Virus record (IMG/VR): IMGVR_UViG_3300020401_000002
Coordinates: 4,778-68,777 of that record
Source: a virus
Length of the DNA: 64,000 bases
Direction: 5' to 3' (one strand)
The first letter of the stretch is position 1; the number at the start of each line of letters is the position of its first letter. Both the position numbers and the translations under genes were made by a program. Shown piece by piece: positions 49,301 to 57,146 of the stretch. The notes under the pieces are model-generated. The model was given only the letters and a program-made list of their open reading frames with translations, had not been told where the DNA came from and searched no databases.

Positions 49301-50641
49301 CCACAAGGTGATGCACTTAACTCTATATTATTTGAAGCTGCTGCAAAAGCAAGAGCTTCTATAGATTTTGCACAAGGTGGTATAAAAGCAAGAAGGTTAG
49401 ACAAATTCTTTCCATATTTTAATCCTGCAATGCAATCTACCAGGAGAGTATTAGATATGGCACAACAAAAACCAGTAGAGTTTGTAAGTAATATTACACA
49501 GGCTGGTTTAATGTCTGCTGGTGTAGTTGCTGGTATGGGTATGCTGATGGGATACTTGATGGGAACTGATGACGAAGATGAAATTAAAGAGAAGATAAAA
49601 GACTTCAGACAAGGATTGAGTAAGTACGAGAAATCAAATTACTTTACATATCCTGTAGGTATTAATGCTGATGGTTCTGTAAAGTATGTCAGGATAAGAA
49701 AACTACCTATACTATCTATACCTATTACGTTAGCAGAAGAAGTTGCTTATAAACGTATCTGGGGTATTGATATGGATGATTCTGCTCTGGCTGAGTCAGT
49801 ATTATCATCTGCTCCTATCTTACCTTCAAATTTACTATCAAGAAACCCTGCTATATCTGCAGCATTTGCTTTAGGTGGTTATGATACTTTTAGAAGAGAG
49901 ATGATATTTAAAGATCCTGATCCATACAACCCTATACCTGCTAGTAAACAAGGTATACATAGTGAATATGTAAACGAGTTATTTAAAGTGACAGGAGATA
50001 TCACAGGTTTATCACCTATGAATACACAAAGAGCAGCAGAAAAATTGTTTACTAATCCAAATACAAATCCTTTAGTTGGTTTAGCGTATGCAGGTTTTGA
50101 AGCAGGTTTGTCTGAAAACACAGAACTGAATCAGAGAATGAAACAGGGTATGGAAGACTTTAAGAAAGCTACAAGCAAAGCTGTTGTCAGAAATAGTAAT
50201 CCTGATCTACAGAAGTACGCACAAAGAGAGGTGATCAACAAAGAAATACAAGAAATATTAGGTTCTAAATATGAAAGAGATCAGAAGTATAAAAGAAAAG
50301 TTCGTGATTTACTAAAAGAAAAACCTGGTACAAGGAGATTACCAGAAGATTTACGAATGGAAATTTTAAAAGACTTTGGGAGAGATGACTATATAAGAGC
50401 AAGAGATAAATATACTAAATATTTAACTTTGAAAAATGGAGATGGTAGAATCATAGACATAGGGTTTCAACGAGATCCTGACGTTGCTGCTAAGTTAATA
50501 ATGAGTGGCTATGGTGTCATGGATCCTGAAGTATTTAGAGATTTTGATATGAAAGTAAAATCATACACTGGTAAAAGATTATCTAAAAGAACAAAAATAG
50601 CATATGGTAAGTTAGTTAGAGATGCTGGAGGTATAAAATAG
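43328..50641 (+). CDS. Giant internal virion / polyvalent protein with HExxH metallopeptidase-like motif
   Basis: 2437 aa; STVGHEVFH zincin motif; C-terminal DFAQGG...FPYFNPAMQ region resembling LPD38-type domains; hydrophobic Gly/Ala segments. Confidence 0.7.
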   Translation: MEEEEVIDGAVQGPDTEQKAQQRSESQEALDRDAEIKERQAQLDRVKAGSRTFQALQTSYAMFQEEGYNGGFEEYFELLCKNPDALQTAFTMFQEEGYNGDFDGFKKLVGVEEVQKKNPGDTSDSDSSVTSVDSPTDPNIQSKISDDNQKSLNAGTFTSFKELWENMPTAEEYYSDSVRPEITQLEPMPDKKDKSFIQSVVNRLNLPGFGKETESFVTLKDRGISKDEMERREKRKADFEAYQKGEKELDFMTNLSNNLTQQMGYLAGTDDRHKFAYAVMYQDLDALQASALELDRIENYAKPVYTPEDFFKDDEKSIGKFGQAVTTGLSGFLGSAVIGGLSFGYGLYTDFAASQIYNYNRREAEAKGISLEEQITNGDTDILVPATIGILQGVLEKFQLNRISRGINAVGNKAMKRVINFFAGVGKNGAEEFGQESLEIVSEHIADADAKDDFSDVELDDMGKSIAKEMFSWRTANAFLLGAFGSGAATISGSAAKSAFTMLKTKEQEDQDEKNVEKLADIERIRSTKKLNKDEKAALKIAEERVKAELKRNQELVSDKVMQMTDAELEQTQRLYHKDKDLNSRIEGVQNSKTFSEEEKKTYIDELLVEKKKIADEITQIEDAIKTREPQNAQVVAAPYFDLEVNNATEASRVRSSKNYQENIARLTSLATDMGIRVEVVDKTIGGYEHEGRGAVQEVSTVFNVMSTDMDKIADFAAIAATQTAAVQDATIAARYTEEGAEGHNADEWTIKVDDVDATLEALKEVGITEFTLNEDQGTVSFLDLHKFPDAELDSKTDKLIDVLNSKGVSYEGKTKTAVESRYIDRKERKQILQAIRQRLAQQGQTGTGLYRQVEDALTKNEIFLEKRFPEESNIRSTADKKKYKFAQTDDPKTLAELKDRTLDPRKRDLIEQAEKAAKAFETVAPDAVIRLHETKQSYAASVGGRAGRTSMGAYNRKTNIIHISLKDADPSTVGHEVFHLLLRRKFSDDKQIQAATKELFDTLKEQVGGKTKEAIEQLVSNYKENQKDEERIVELFGLMSSNQTDIPKTSVQAIKLWVNKVAKLLGIGKLFTGRDVGRAEQIDIFKRLATKVATAEQLTDVDIHSISEAQDQTEVNSEDIVRPKIIDDDDTIAKRTVGPFDIQYFNETERFQKLIDEGRLITHVDSSFIPEGAQVVVHSPDNMFVGDIYHRGEKIINGEGGLFYTLNTDNVWASTEQNLTSLVNTINKAVKASPDGKAFMMLVGGSNSKMLGNITASSAALQVLNKMPEKNIFARGDLRKILADVGKERGIDIPPKFSVERMIQHIDKTFLATEKPSFDERRSFIQDIVKRIGELEGVKNDKVANQKFREFFGMSDMSKLSKTGFTNNLANLLTEPLLQGLPSGHAYAAIEINGPVEGFVERSHRAYAGAVKQKEGVPTLHLFDKRQNIDELVDTVDGLSKDAETKPGEFRGKIGLAQAGLGIGVIKQSIDEAVSAKMTPEEGKRADRSDKGWKEVTEEGKRLLSPPKRSLKQRFKEGINNFMTNWMDRQFDVKKKLLKTKDATAKEVYNRLITAAGASASAKNVFRQFDKLIYGKLSEKNKEALDRIIAERRLIAIEENISKRKKNLKNAKNLTEGYKRGRQGLTADDARAALKRMREQLGEDTYNDLNNRADVYFQAMSDQLKRLYEGGRITEKMYLNLRDIEYSPIRTIKFMLQENQDLYSQDSIDAQAEKYGMTAEDIKALTEANEDAYVQDSRWLLRTQIAVTEKKFFQNSLLNQVGKLVDEGKAEGLGITRLVPGMPGNPVSNKAFLSKKGLAEVKYKVDGEDATLYMPVDMARQILDIDPEPNVTARYRKAGKFTGSNLLRFQATGGNLTFFVRNVPMDYLNVLFFTDAYGKFKLLSGAQLAIDGIVNATKATLRTKGFKENYNEFLKYGGGLDFLGVDGIAKIEEAKIVRGLKTAQQKAGYYFVKGLSHFNEIAELTFRLSVYNKTKNDLISEYKKANDGGTPQGDALNSILFEAAAKARASIDFAQGGIKARRLDKFFPYFNPAMQSTRRVLDMAQQKPVEFVSNITQAGLMSAGVVAGMGMLMGYLMGTDDEDEIKEKIKDFRQGLSKYEKSNYFTYPVGINADGSVKYVRIRKLPILSIPITLAEEVAYKRIWGIDMDDSALAESVLSSAPILPSNLLSRNPAISAAFALGGYDTFRREMIFKDPDPYNPIPASKQGIHSEYVNELFKVTGDITGLSPMNTQRAAEKLFTNPNTNPLVGLAYAGFEAGLSENTELNQRMKQGMEDFKKATSKAVVRNSNPDLQKYAQREVINKEIQEILGSKYERDQKYKRKVRDLLKEKPGTRRLPEDLRMEILKDFGRDDYIRARDKYTKYLTLKNGDGRIIDIGFQRDPDVAAKLIMSGYGVMDPEVFRDFDMKVKSYTGKRLSKRTKIAYGKLVRDAGGIK

Positions 50642-50645
50642 GAAA

Positions 50646-50672
50646 AGCCTAAGCGGTGTTACGACTTAGGCT
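50646..50672. terminator. Hairpin between convergent transcription units
   Basis: AGCCTAAG / CTTAGGCT inverted repeat just after the giant gene; preceding A run gives a short U tail on the - strand. Confidence 0.55.
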
Positions 50673-50805
50673 CTCCTAAACTCACTTCCTTGTCGTCAAA
50701 CTAAAAATACATCACTAAGTGAAGATATTTCGGAAGTGATTACTAACCAAATTCAAAAATGAATAACAAAAAATAAAGTCTTTGATTTTAATAATCAAGG
50801 TAAAT

Positions 50806-51255
50806 TTACAACAAATCTTTTAATAACTTACCTACTTCTTCACAATCTTTTTTATTTCTTGGCATATATAGTTTAGCTTGTATGTTATTTCCTACTAAAA
50901 ACTTCTTAAATAGTTTCCATCTCAAGGGGAAAGAATCGTTAGGATGCCCTTTACATTCTATTATAAACCTGGGCGGATATTGTTTGTCTACAAAGTCAGG
51001 GGTATATTTTATAGGTAGTATGTTTTTTTGACCTACATTGTGTAAAAACTTCTTAGATGGAGTTTTCTCATACGACATATTAGGAAATTTAAAACCATCT
51101 ACAATAACATACGTTTGTCCTTCGTATGTAAAAGGTATCTTTAATTCTTTTAAGACCTTATACATATGCACTTCTAGGTTACTAGCAAACTTTATACCAT
51201 CTAGTGTAGGTTTTTTAGAACGTATTCTGCCCTTCTTGCCTGTCGTCCTCCTCAT
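50806..51255 (-). CDS. PD-(D/E)XK endonuclease (DUF1064 / T7 endonuclease I-like)
   Basis: DGIKFAS.LE, YTPDF and IIECKG motifs. Confidence 0.75.
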   Translation of the reverse strand: MRRTTGKKGRIRSKKPTLDGIKFASNLEVHMYKVLKELKIPFTYEGQTYVIVDGFKFPNMSYEKTPSKKFLHNVGQKNILPIKYTPDFVDKQYPPRFIIECKGHPNDSFPLRWKLFKKFLVGNNIQAKLYMPRNKKDCEEVGKLLKDLL

Positions 51256-51694
51256 ATATATCTATTATTGATTTTAATTTTACAACATCTGTAAAATACT
51301 CTACTGCCATAGCAAATGTTTTTACATAGATTTCTGGCTCATACAAGCTGTTGTCTAAAAGTGTATCAGAGGTAAGAGCCACATATCTTTTTACATCACC
51401 TAAATGATTTTGATATAGCATATAGTTTAAATCAAATATGTATCCAGGAAAACGTCCTTCTACAAAGGTTGCTGCTCTTGGTCCAACTCCTAACACTTTA
51501 CAGTTCCAGTTTATCAATGATTCAGTAAATTCATATACAGCTAGATCACCTATAGTTCCTTTACCTAAATGAATATAGTAATATCTGTCATCTTTTTTTG
51601 ATGTAACTAAATCACTTAACAAGGCAATAAGTTGCTTATGCTCTTCTTCATTTACTGATCTACTGATCACGATTCTTGTTGGTTCCGACAACAT
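51215..51694 (-). CDS. Hypothetical protein
   Basis: 159 aa ORF overlapping neighbours in the - strand operon. Confidence 0.55.
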   Translation of the reverse strand: MLSEPTRIVISRSVNEEEHKQLIALLSDLVTSKKDDRYYYIHLGKGTIGDLAVYEFTESLINWNCKVLGVGPRAATFVEGRFPGYIFDLNYMLYQNHLGDVKRYVALTSDTLLDNSLYEPEIYVKTFAMAVEYFTDVVKLKSIIDIYEEDDRQEGQNTF

Positions 51695-51917
51695 CCTTTT
51701 TCATTGCTTTAAGTTCTTCAAAGTTAACAATAAGTTCTTGCATTTTCTTTTGGATGTCGTTGACCTTTTCCCAAAACATGTCTGGGTTATGAAGTTTTGG
51801 TTTTGGCTCTACTTGTACTCTAGCAGAGTTAGTTGTGTACCAGTACGCAGCTTCAGTTCCAGATATTATATCGTGAGAACCTAACGCATCTTCTGTGTGT
51901 GTATCATCTCCTACCAT
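51660..51917 (-). CDS. Hypothetical protein
   Basis: 85 aa with C-terminal coiled coil. Confidence 0.5.
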   Translation of the reverse strand: MVGDDTHTEDALGSHDIISGTEAAYWYTTNSARVQVEPKPKLHNPDMFWEKVNDIQKKMQELIVNFEELKAMKKDVVGTNKNRDQ

Positions 51918-51977
51918 AGGTTGTTTTTAGTTAAATATTTAGGGCACATTAGAGGTAGTTGTCTTATAGGATCAAAA

Positions 51978-52232
51978 CTAATCTCTTGACTCTTCTCCTC
52001 TTTTCGATAACTTCTGTCCTCGTTTTTTTCGTTGTGCCTGTTCTTCTTTTGCTCTTTCATATTCTAGTTTTGCTTTATTGTATGCCTCATTAAATTGTGG
52101 AAACTCTTGAATAACCTTTTGCATGGTTTTTAGTTGTTCACGCAAAGTGTCAACAGCTTTATGTAACTCAATAAATCTTAGATGCATTGCATCAAGTGAA
52201 CGCCTGATTCTAAATAGCTCTGTAAATTTCAT
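51978..52232 (-). CDS. Hypothetical coiled-coil protein
   Basis: 84 aa, ATGA-coupled to the methyltransferase. Confidence 0.55.
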   Translation of the reverse strand: MKFTELFRIRRSLDAMHLRFIELHKAVDTLREQLKTMQKVIQEFPQFNEAYNKAKLEYERAKEEQAQRKKRGQKLSKRGEESRD

Positions 52233-52933
52233 TTGTGATCTTCTCTTGTATTAGGCGTAGCTTCGTCTCCTTTCATTTGTCCAAGCTCCCAATCATGAAC
52301 TCTATTAGCATTATAATCTTTATGCTTGAGTACAGTTAAACCATTATTGTAGAAGTAATGGCAATAAAATTCCCAATCACTTTCAGACACAAACTCTTCT
52401 ATAGCTTTCCATGTGCCTTTGCCTTTACCAGTGCTTTCATCTTTTGTTTTAAATGATTCTGTATCGTGTATAATAATCCACTTATGACATTTCGGTTCCC
52501 AATGTTTAAATTCAGCTTTTAACTGAGCATAGTCATGAAGGGTATCTATAAATAATAGGTCACAAGCTATATCTACATCTACTTTTCTACTGTCTCCTTT
52601 AAAAAATCTAAAGTCTATATCTTCAGATTCAGCAAATTTTTTCATCATGTCCATTTTACCCATTGCTCTATCTGCCCATTGTGTATCATCAGGATGCTCT
52701 AAGTCTACACAAAACAGTAAGTGTGGTCTTGCAACTGCAAAAGCCAAAGTGGATACTACCCATCTAACTCCAAGTTCCACTATGTTCCTGGTGTCAAACC
52801 TTGCAGCAAAATCTACAAGCGTAGGTAAATGGTCTTTTATATCACTACTTATAAACTCTTGTCCTTCAGGTGGACTGCAGTGATGCATATAAAGTTCATC
52901 AATAGTTTCAGGTTGTTTTTTATACTCTCTCAT
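52229..52933 (-). CDS. Class I SAM-dependent methyltransferase (Methyltransf_24-like)
   Basis: IVELGV, FCVD, GDS, DLLFIDTLH, IIIHDT and NGL motifs. Confidence 0.8.
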   Translation of the reverse strand: MREYKKQPETIDELYMHHCSPPEGQEFISSDIKDHLPTLVDFAARFDTRNIVELGVRWVVSTLAFAVARPHLLFCVDLEHPDDTQWADRAMGKMDMMKKFAESEDIDFRFFKGDSRKVDVDIACDLLFIDTLHDYAQLKAEFKHWEPKCHKWIIIHDTESFKTKDESTGKGKGTWKAIEEFVSESDWEFYCHYFYNNGLTVLKHKDYNANRVHDWELGQMKGDEATPNTREDHK

Positions 52934-53388
52934 TTTATTAAATTTAAGTTTTCAAATCTACATAACATTTTTGGTACTCTATAAAAAAGATCCTTTCCGT
53001 AACGATATTGATTGTTAACGTGGATCTGTTTTTTATATTCTTCTTGATATATTGTGTCGCTGTTACAAAAGACAGCCCATCCAGTTTGCTTACATATTAG
53101 GAAATACCAGAAGTCTGACAAAACCTCATACTTTCTTTTTCTTCCCAGGAACGATACCGTGTCAAACGGAAAGCTATGTCTATCGGTAAAATACAAATCA
53201 CTTCTAACCTCAGCCTCTATCCTGTACAGTTTGTCTTTAAAAAACGCTTCGATATCTATAGTGTAATCCTCCTCTTTGTCTTCTACTACAAATCCTTTGT
53301 GTCGTAGAAAGTCTGATATAAGATCAATACCATACTGATTTAATTCATCGTAAACGTCTTGTCTAAATTCTCCTGCTTTTGTTTTCAT
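52930..53388 (-). CDS. Putative PD-(D/E)XK nuclease-like protein
   Basis: Probable start MKTKAGEF at 53388 (TAATG overlap); D-I...IEAEVR pattern. Confidence 0.5.
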   Translation of the reverse strand: MKTKAGEFRQDVYDELNQYGIDLISDFLRHKGFVVEDKEEDYTIDIEAFFKDKLYRIEAEVRSDLYFTDRHSFPFDTVSFLGRKRKYEVLSDFWYFLICKQTGWAVFCNSDTIYQEEYKKQIHVNNQYRYGKDLFYRVPKMLCRFENLNLIK

Positions 53389-54569
53389 TAAAATGTATAA
53401 GTGTACCTGGCTACTTGTCCTTTTGTAGGATGATGTAAGAAACCTTCTATTGCTTGAGGTGATACATATCCTTTCATTGAATGCCATACATCTGTAGTCG
53501 TTGGACTTCTTAATGATTCAACGGTTACATTTATATAGTCTTTAGATGTTTTATGGTGCACATGATGTACATAAAAGTATTTATGATTAGTGTCTGCCCA
53601 ATATTTTTTTGCCTCTACACTCATTAGGCTACCTAAGTCTTGATGCTTTGCACCATCTCCATGCGTTGTTCCGATAAGATTTTTATGATACTTAAAATAC
53701 TTCCTGTACATAAGATCTGTTTCGAAACTAATGTTTTTACAATCCTTAAACCAGGCTTTTATCATATCGCTGAGGTAAAACCCTGCCATGTAATCATGGT
53801 TTGATGGATTAAACATGTAGTGCACATCAGCTATTTGTACTAAATTTTCCAGGCAGTCAATATATAGTTCTTTTGCAGTTCTATAATTATCATACCACAT
53901 ACCATCAGTATCTTGTGGCGTACCTTTAGTTGTTGATCTTTTAGTGTTGTCTGTGTGTAATATGTCATTACCTGCAACAAACAGAATCTGATCTATTTCG
54001 AAAGAAGACGAGTAATCGATAATCTTCTGTACTCCTTCTTTAACTCTTCGCACAGCTTCGTCTCCTGAATAATCTGTTCCTGTCGCAAAGCTCGTTGACA
54101 GCTTTCCAATATGCACATCTGCTGGATCAACCACCAGGAGGTGGGGATCGTCTTGCTTTTCTCTTTTGATTTTTTCATATTTAAATGTATGTTGTTCTAT
54201 AGCATCAATATGATCCTGATACATTTGTTCAAATGATGGACCATTGTTATCAGGCTTAAAATTAATTGACCAGTATTTTCCTTTGTACCAGGCATGATTT
54301 ACTCTAGATATATCTATACCTACAGCTTCACATTCCTCTGCTAGTGCAGGATTAATACCTTGTATCTCAAATTCTTTTAGCCATCTATTTACTTTACTTC
54401 TGAAGTTGAAAAAGCCATTTGAACCCCAGACTTTAAAACCTTCATCAATAAGTTTTCTTGTGATCTTTGATCTATTCTTTGTACCATCCATGTACATTTG
54501 CAAAGCTCTTTCTTTTATTGGAGCTTCGTGCTCTTTAATCTTTTTTTGATTTTCTTTAGTTACTCTCAT
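53388..54569 (-). CDS. Calcineurin-like metallophosphoesterase
   Basis: ADVHIGK, GNDILH, SNHD, HGD and HHVHH metal-binding motifs. Confidence 0.8.
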   Translation of the reverse strand: MRVTKENQKKIKEHEAPIKERALQMYMDGTKNRSKITRKLIDEGFKVWGSNGFFNFRSKVNRWLKEFEIQGINPALAEECEAVGIDISRVNHAWYKGKYWSINFKPDNNGPSFEQMYQDHIDAIEQHTFKYEKIKREKQDDPHLLVVDPADVHIGKLSTSFATGTDYSGDEAVRRVKEGVQKIIDYSSSFEIDQILFVAGNDILHTDNTKRSTTKGTPQDTDGMWYDNYRTAKELYIDCLENLVQIADVHYMFNPSNHDYMAGFYLSDMIKAWFKDCKNISFETDLMYRKYFKYHKNLIGTTHGDGAKHQDLGSLMSVEAKKYWADTNHKYFYVHHVHHKTSKDYINVTVESLRSPTTTDVWHSMKGYVSPQAIEGFLHHPTKGQVARYTYTF

Positions 54570-54733
54570 TCTTCTATAGTTTGGTTCAATATAGTATGAG
54601 AATCAGATATAATTTCATTCAAGATTGATGTTGTGGATGAGTTTCCCTTGTCGTAGAAGGAATCTTTCAAGTCATTAATTTTCCCTCTAAGATTATTACA
54701 GACATGGTTTATATAAATATCTCTTTTGTTCAT
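54566..54733 (-). CDS. Small hypothetical protein, 55 aa
   Basis: Hand-translated MNKRDIYINHVCNNLRGKINDLKDSFYD...; ATGA overlaps at both ends fill the gap. Confidence 0.5.
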   Translation of the reverse strand: MNKRDIYINHVCNNLRGKINDLKDSFYDKGNSSTTSILNEIISDSHTILNQTIEE

Positions 54734-55014
54734 TTATCCATACAAGACAGAAAGGACACACCTAAATCAGGTCTGTACTTTTTGATTCTATTGTAGATTA
54801 ATCTTGAATGCTTTTTTGATTCACGCTTATCAGATTTAGAAGAACTAATATCTAAATCCATATTTAATGTTGCATCAAAACATAACATAGCATCTACAAT
54901 ATCATCATTTTCAAATTTTTCCTCTATAAAATCTAATTCAGATTCTACAGAGAAGTCATTTGATTGCCTTCTTATATGTAAATCTTCATAATAAGCTACC
55001 ATAATTTCGGTCAT
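54730..55014 (-). CDS. Hypothetical protein
   Basis: 94 aa ORF in the operon; start uncertain. Confidence 0.55.
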   Translation of the reverse strand: MTEIMVAYYEDLHIRRQSNDFSVESELDFIEEKFENDDIVDAMLCFDATLNMDLDISSSKSDKRESKKHSRLIYNRIKKYRPDLGVSFLSCMDK

Positions 55015-55033
55015 CTATATTTAAAATTACAAT

Positions 55034-55387
55034 TTATTTGTTTAAGTCGTCTGATTTCAATATCCTATGCTCAATAGACTTATCAAAAAACTTCCTTCCG
55101 TATTTGTTAAACAAATGCATGTATAGTCTAGACAAAACACCTGAGAGCTCCTTGTTTGTGTACTTTTTTCCTGACCAATGTGACTTTCCATTAATAACAA
55201 CCTCTAATTCTATGTTAATAACTTTTCCACTTCGCTTAGGGTGAGGATATATAATCATACCATTTGACATACACCAATAACGTGCATTAATTTCAAGATA
55301 TGAGGAAAAAGGTTCTCTAAAATTAGAAGGGGAGGTCTTCTTCTTGGTCTGTGTAGATTGTGGGTTTTGGTTTGTGTATGATTTCAT
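55034..55387 (-). CDS. Hypothetical protein
   Basis: 117 aa ORF overlapping the primase-helicase end; start uncertain. Confidence 0.5.
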   Translation of the reverse strand: MKSYTNQNPQSTQTKKKTSPSNFREPFSSYLEINARYWCMSNGMIIYPHPKRSGKVINIELEVVINGKSHWSGKKYTNKELSGVLSRLYMHLFNKYGRKFFDKSIEHRILKSDDLNK

Positions 55388-57146
55388 TGTATGTTGGTGT
55401 CTCTGATAAGTTGCTCAGTATTCCTTTCGGAACGTAATCGCCTACATAGTATCTACCACTAGCTATATCGAATTTAAAAACTACTGATTGTCCTATTTCT
55501 CCCTGATACTTAAATTTTACTTTTTGAGTTTTAAATTCTACCTGGTCTTTTTCTATATCTTGTCCTGTAACGCTATTGTGTATTGATTGAAAGTGCCTAT
55601 AAACTACAGCACCACAATGACAGATGTTTCTAAAGTCACTACTACCTGAAATATCATAGAGTCCTGGCATCTGATAAATACCATTAGCATCTCTAGTCAT
55701 CTTCCTGGGGTGTGCAATCAGAAAAACTATCACGTTATTCAGTTGTGCGAATATAGTAAGTTTAGTTAAGACTTCTCTGATGCTCTGCAGTTCGTTTTGA
55801 TTTTTATTATTATACTCTAGCTTGTTAAATGCATCAATAACAAATATATCTACACCGTAAACAAACACCTGTTCTTTAAATTTTTCTAACAACCAATTCC
55901 AGTTGGGATTTTTACCATCCTCTGCAGATGTCAAATATAATTTTTCATTTGCCCACTCTTTATATTGATTCATCTCAGACTTATTCATTCGATCAGAATT
56001 TTCAGACTTCCAAAACGATTTACCAATATACTTTTCCATAAATATAGATTGGTGAAGAGCCAGGGGATGATGCTCAGGCGAAAAGAAAGATGCCTTCATG
56101 TCGTGATCGTTAATTAAATTCATGACGTACCACTCTATAAAATTACTTTTACCATGTGATGGTATGCCTGTAGTAATTACAAGTTGACCTCTCATGACTG
56201 AGAATATATTTTTTAGATTACCGAAGCTATTGTGTTTTGGATATATAGTATCAGGCAATCCTTTATCATAGAGTTCCATTATGTCATCGTATAGATCATC
56301 AACAGCAAATGTTCCCTGAGTTTTAAAATGTCTTGCGTTGTCTATAGCATCAACAACAGATGGTTTGCCACTATTTATTAGTTGACCATTAGCATCTTTG
56401 TGTTTGAATTCAACACGAACACATCTATAATTTCCTAATCTCTGTGCTATTTTTTCTGCTACAATATTCCCTTGCTCATCATTATCTGTGCAGATATAAA
56501 ACTTTTTTAATGTATCTAGGTATTGTTTGCAGTTGATCCACACCTCATCATTGTCATTTGCACCATTAGGCAAACTAATTGTGTTTTTGTATCCACATTC
56601 ATGCATAGCCAGGACATCAAATTCTCCTTCTACTATGTATGCCTCTTCCTGATCTATGACAGAGTTAATGTTGTAGAAAATACTCTTACCGTTTGTGGTC
56701 TGTGTAAAATGTTTCTTACCTGTTCTGTATTTTTTGTTTACGACTTGATTTAGTTCGAAATAATTGAAGACAATATTTTGTACCTCTTTTTTGAGTTGAG
56801 GTTGATAATACTTTTCTTCTGTAATACCTAGATCAGTTAAAGTCTTCTGTGATATTTTTCTAGTTGTTTCTATCCATTTGACTACCTGGTCTGAAATATC
56901 TGTGTAATTTTTCCAGTCTTGTTTAGGAAGTTTATATGGTCTTGTCTCAATGGTGTGTTGCTTACGAAACGATATAGCATCGCAGTAATGACATTTGGCA
57001 ACACCTTTATCTAAATTAACACTCAGAGCAGGATCTTTCTTGTTTGTTCTTCTGCCTACACAGGATGGACAAACTATTTTTAACACCTTACCTCTTTTGC
57101 CACGAGTCAAAGACTCTATTTCACTCCATTCGATTATTTTATTCAT
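55323..57146 (-). CDS. Primase-helicase (T7 gp4/Twinkle-like)
   Basis: Zn ribbon CPSC...CHYC, TOPRIM EGEFDVLA and DND, SF4 helicase Walker A TGIPSHGKS, FVID, IAHPRK, ISGS. Confidence 0.9.
   Translation of the reverse strand: MNKIIEWSEIESLTRGKRGKVLKIVCPSCVGRRTNKKDPALSVNLDKGVAKCHYCDAISFRKQHTIETRPYKLPKQDWKNYTDISDQVVKWIETTRKISQKTLTDLGITEEKYYQPQLKKEVQNIVFNYFELNQVVNKKYRTGKKHFTQTTNGKSIFYNINSVIDQEEAYIVEGEFDVLAMHECGYKNTISLPNGANDNDEVWINCKQYLDTLKKFYICTDNDEQGNIVAEKIAQRLGNYRCVRVEFKHKDANGQLINSGKPSVVDAIDNARHFKTQGTFAVDDLYDDIMELYDKGLPDTIYPKHNSFGNLKNIFSVMRGQLVITTGIPSHGKSNFIEWYVMNLINDHDMKASFFSPEHHPLALHQSIFMEKYIGKSFWKSENSDRMNKSEMNQYKEWANEKLYLTSAEDGKNPNWNWLLEKFKEQVFVYGVDIFVIDAFNKLEYNNKNQNELQSIREVLTKLTIFAQLNNVIVFLIAHPRKMTRDANGIYQMPGLYDISGSSDFRNICHCGAVVYRHFQSIHNSVTGQDIEKDQVEFKTQKVKFKYQGEIGQSVVFKFDIASGRYYVGDYVPKGILSNLSETPTYNEIIHKPKPTIYTDQEEDLPF

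Noticed and set aside
50642-50805. tRNA or other known structured RNA gene
   Set aside because: No cloverleaf or T-loop GTTCRA signature here or in the other intergenic gaps I inspected.
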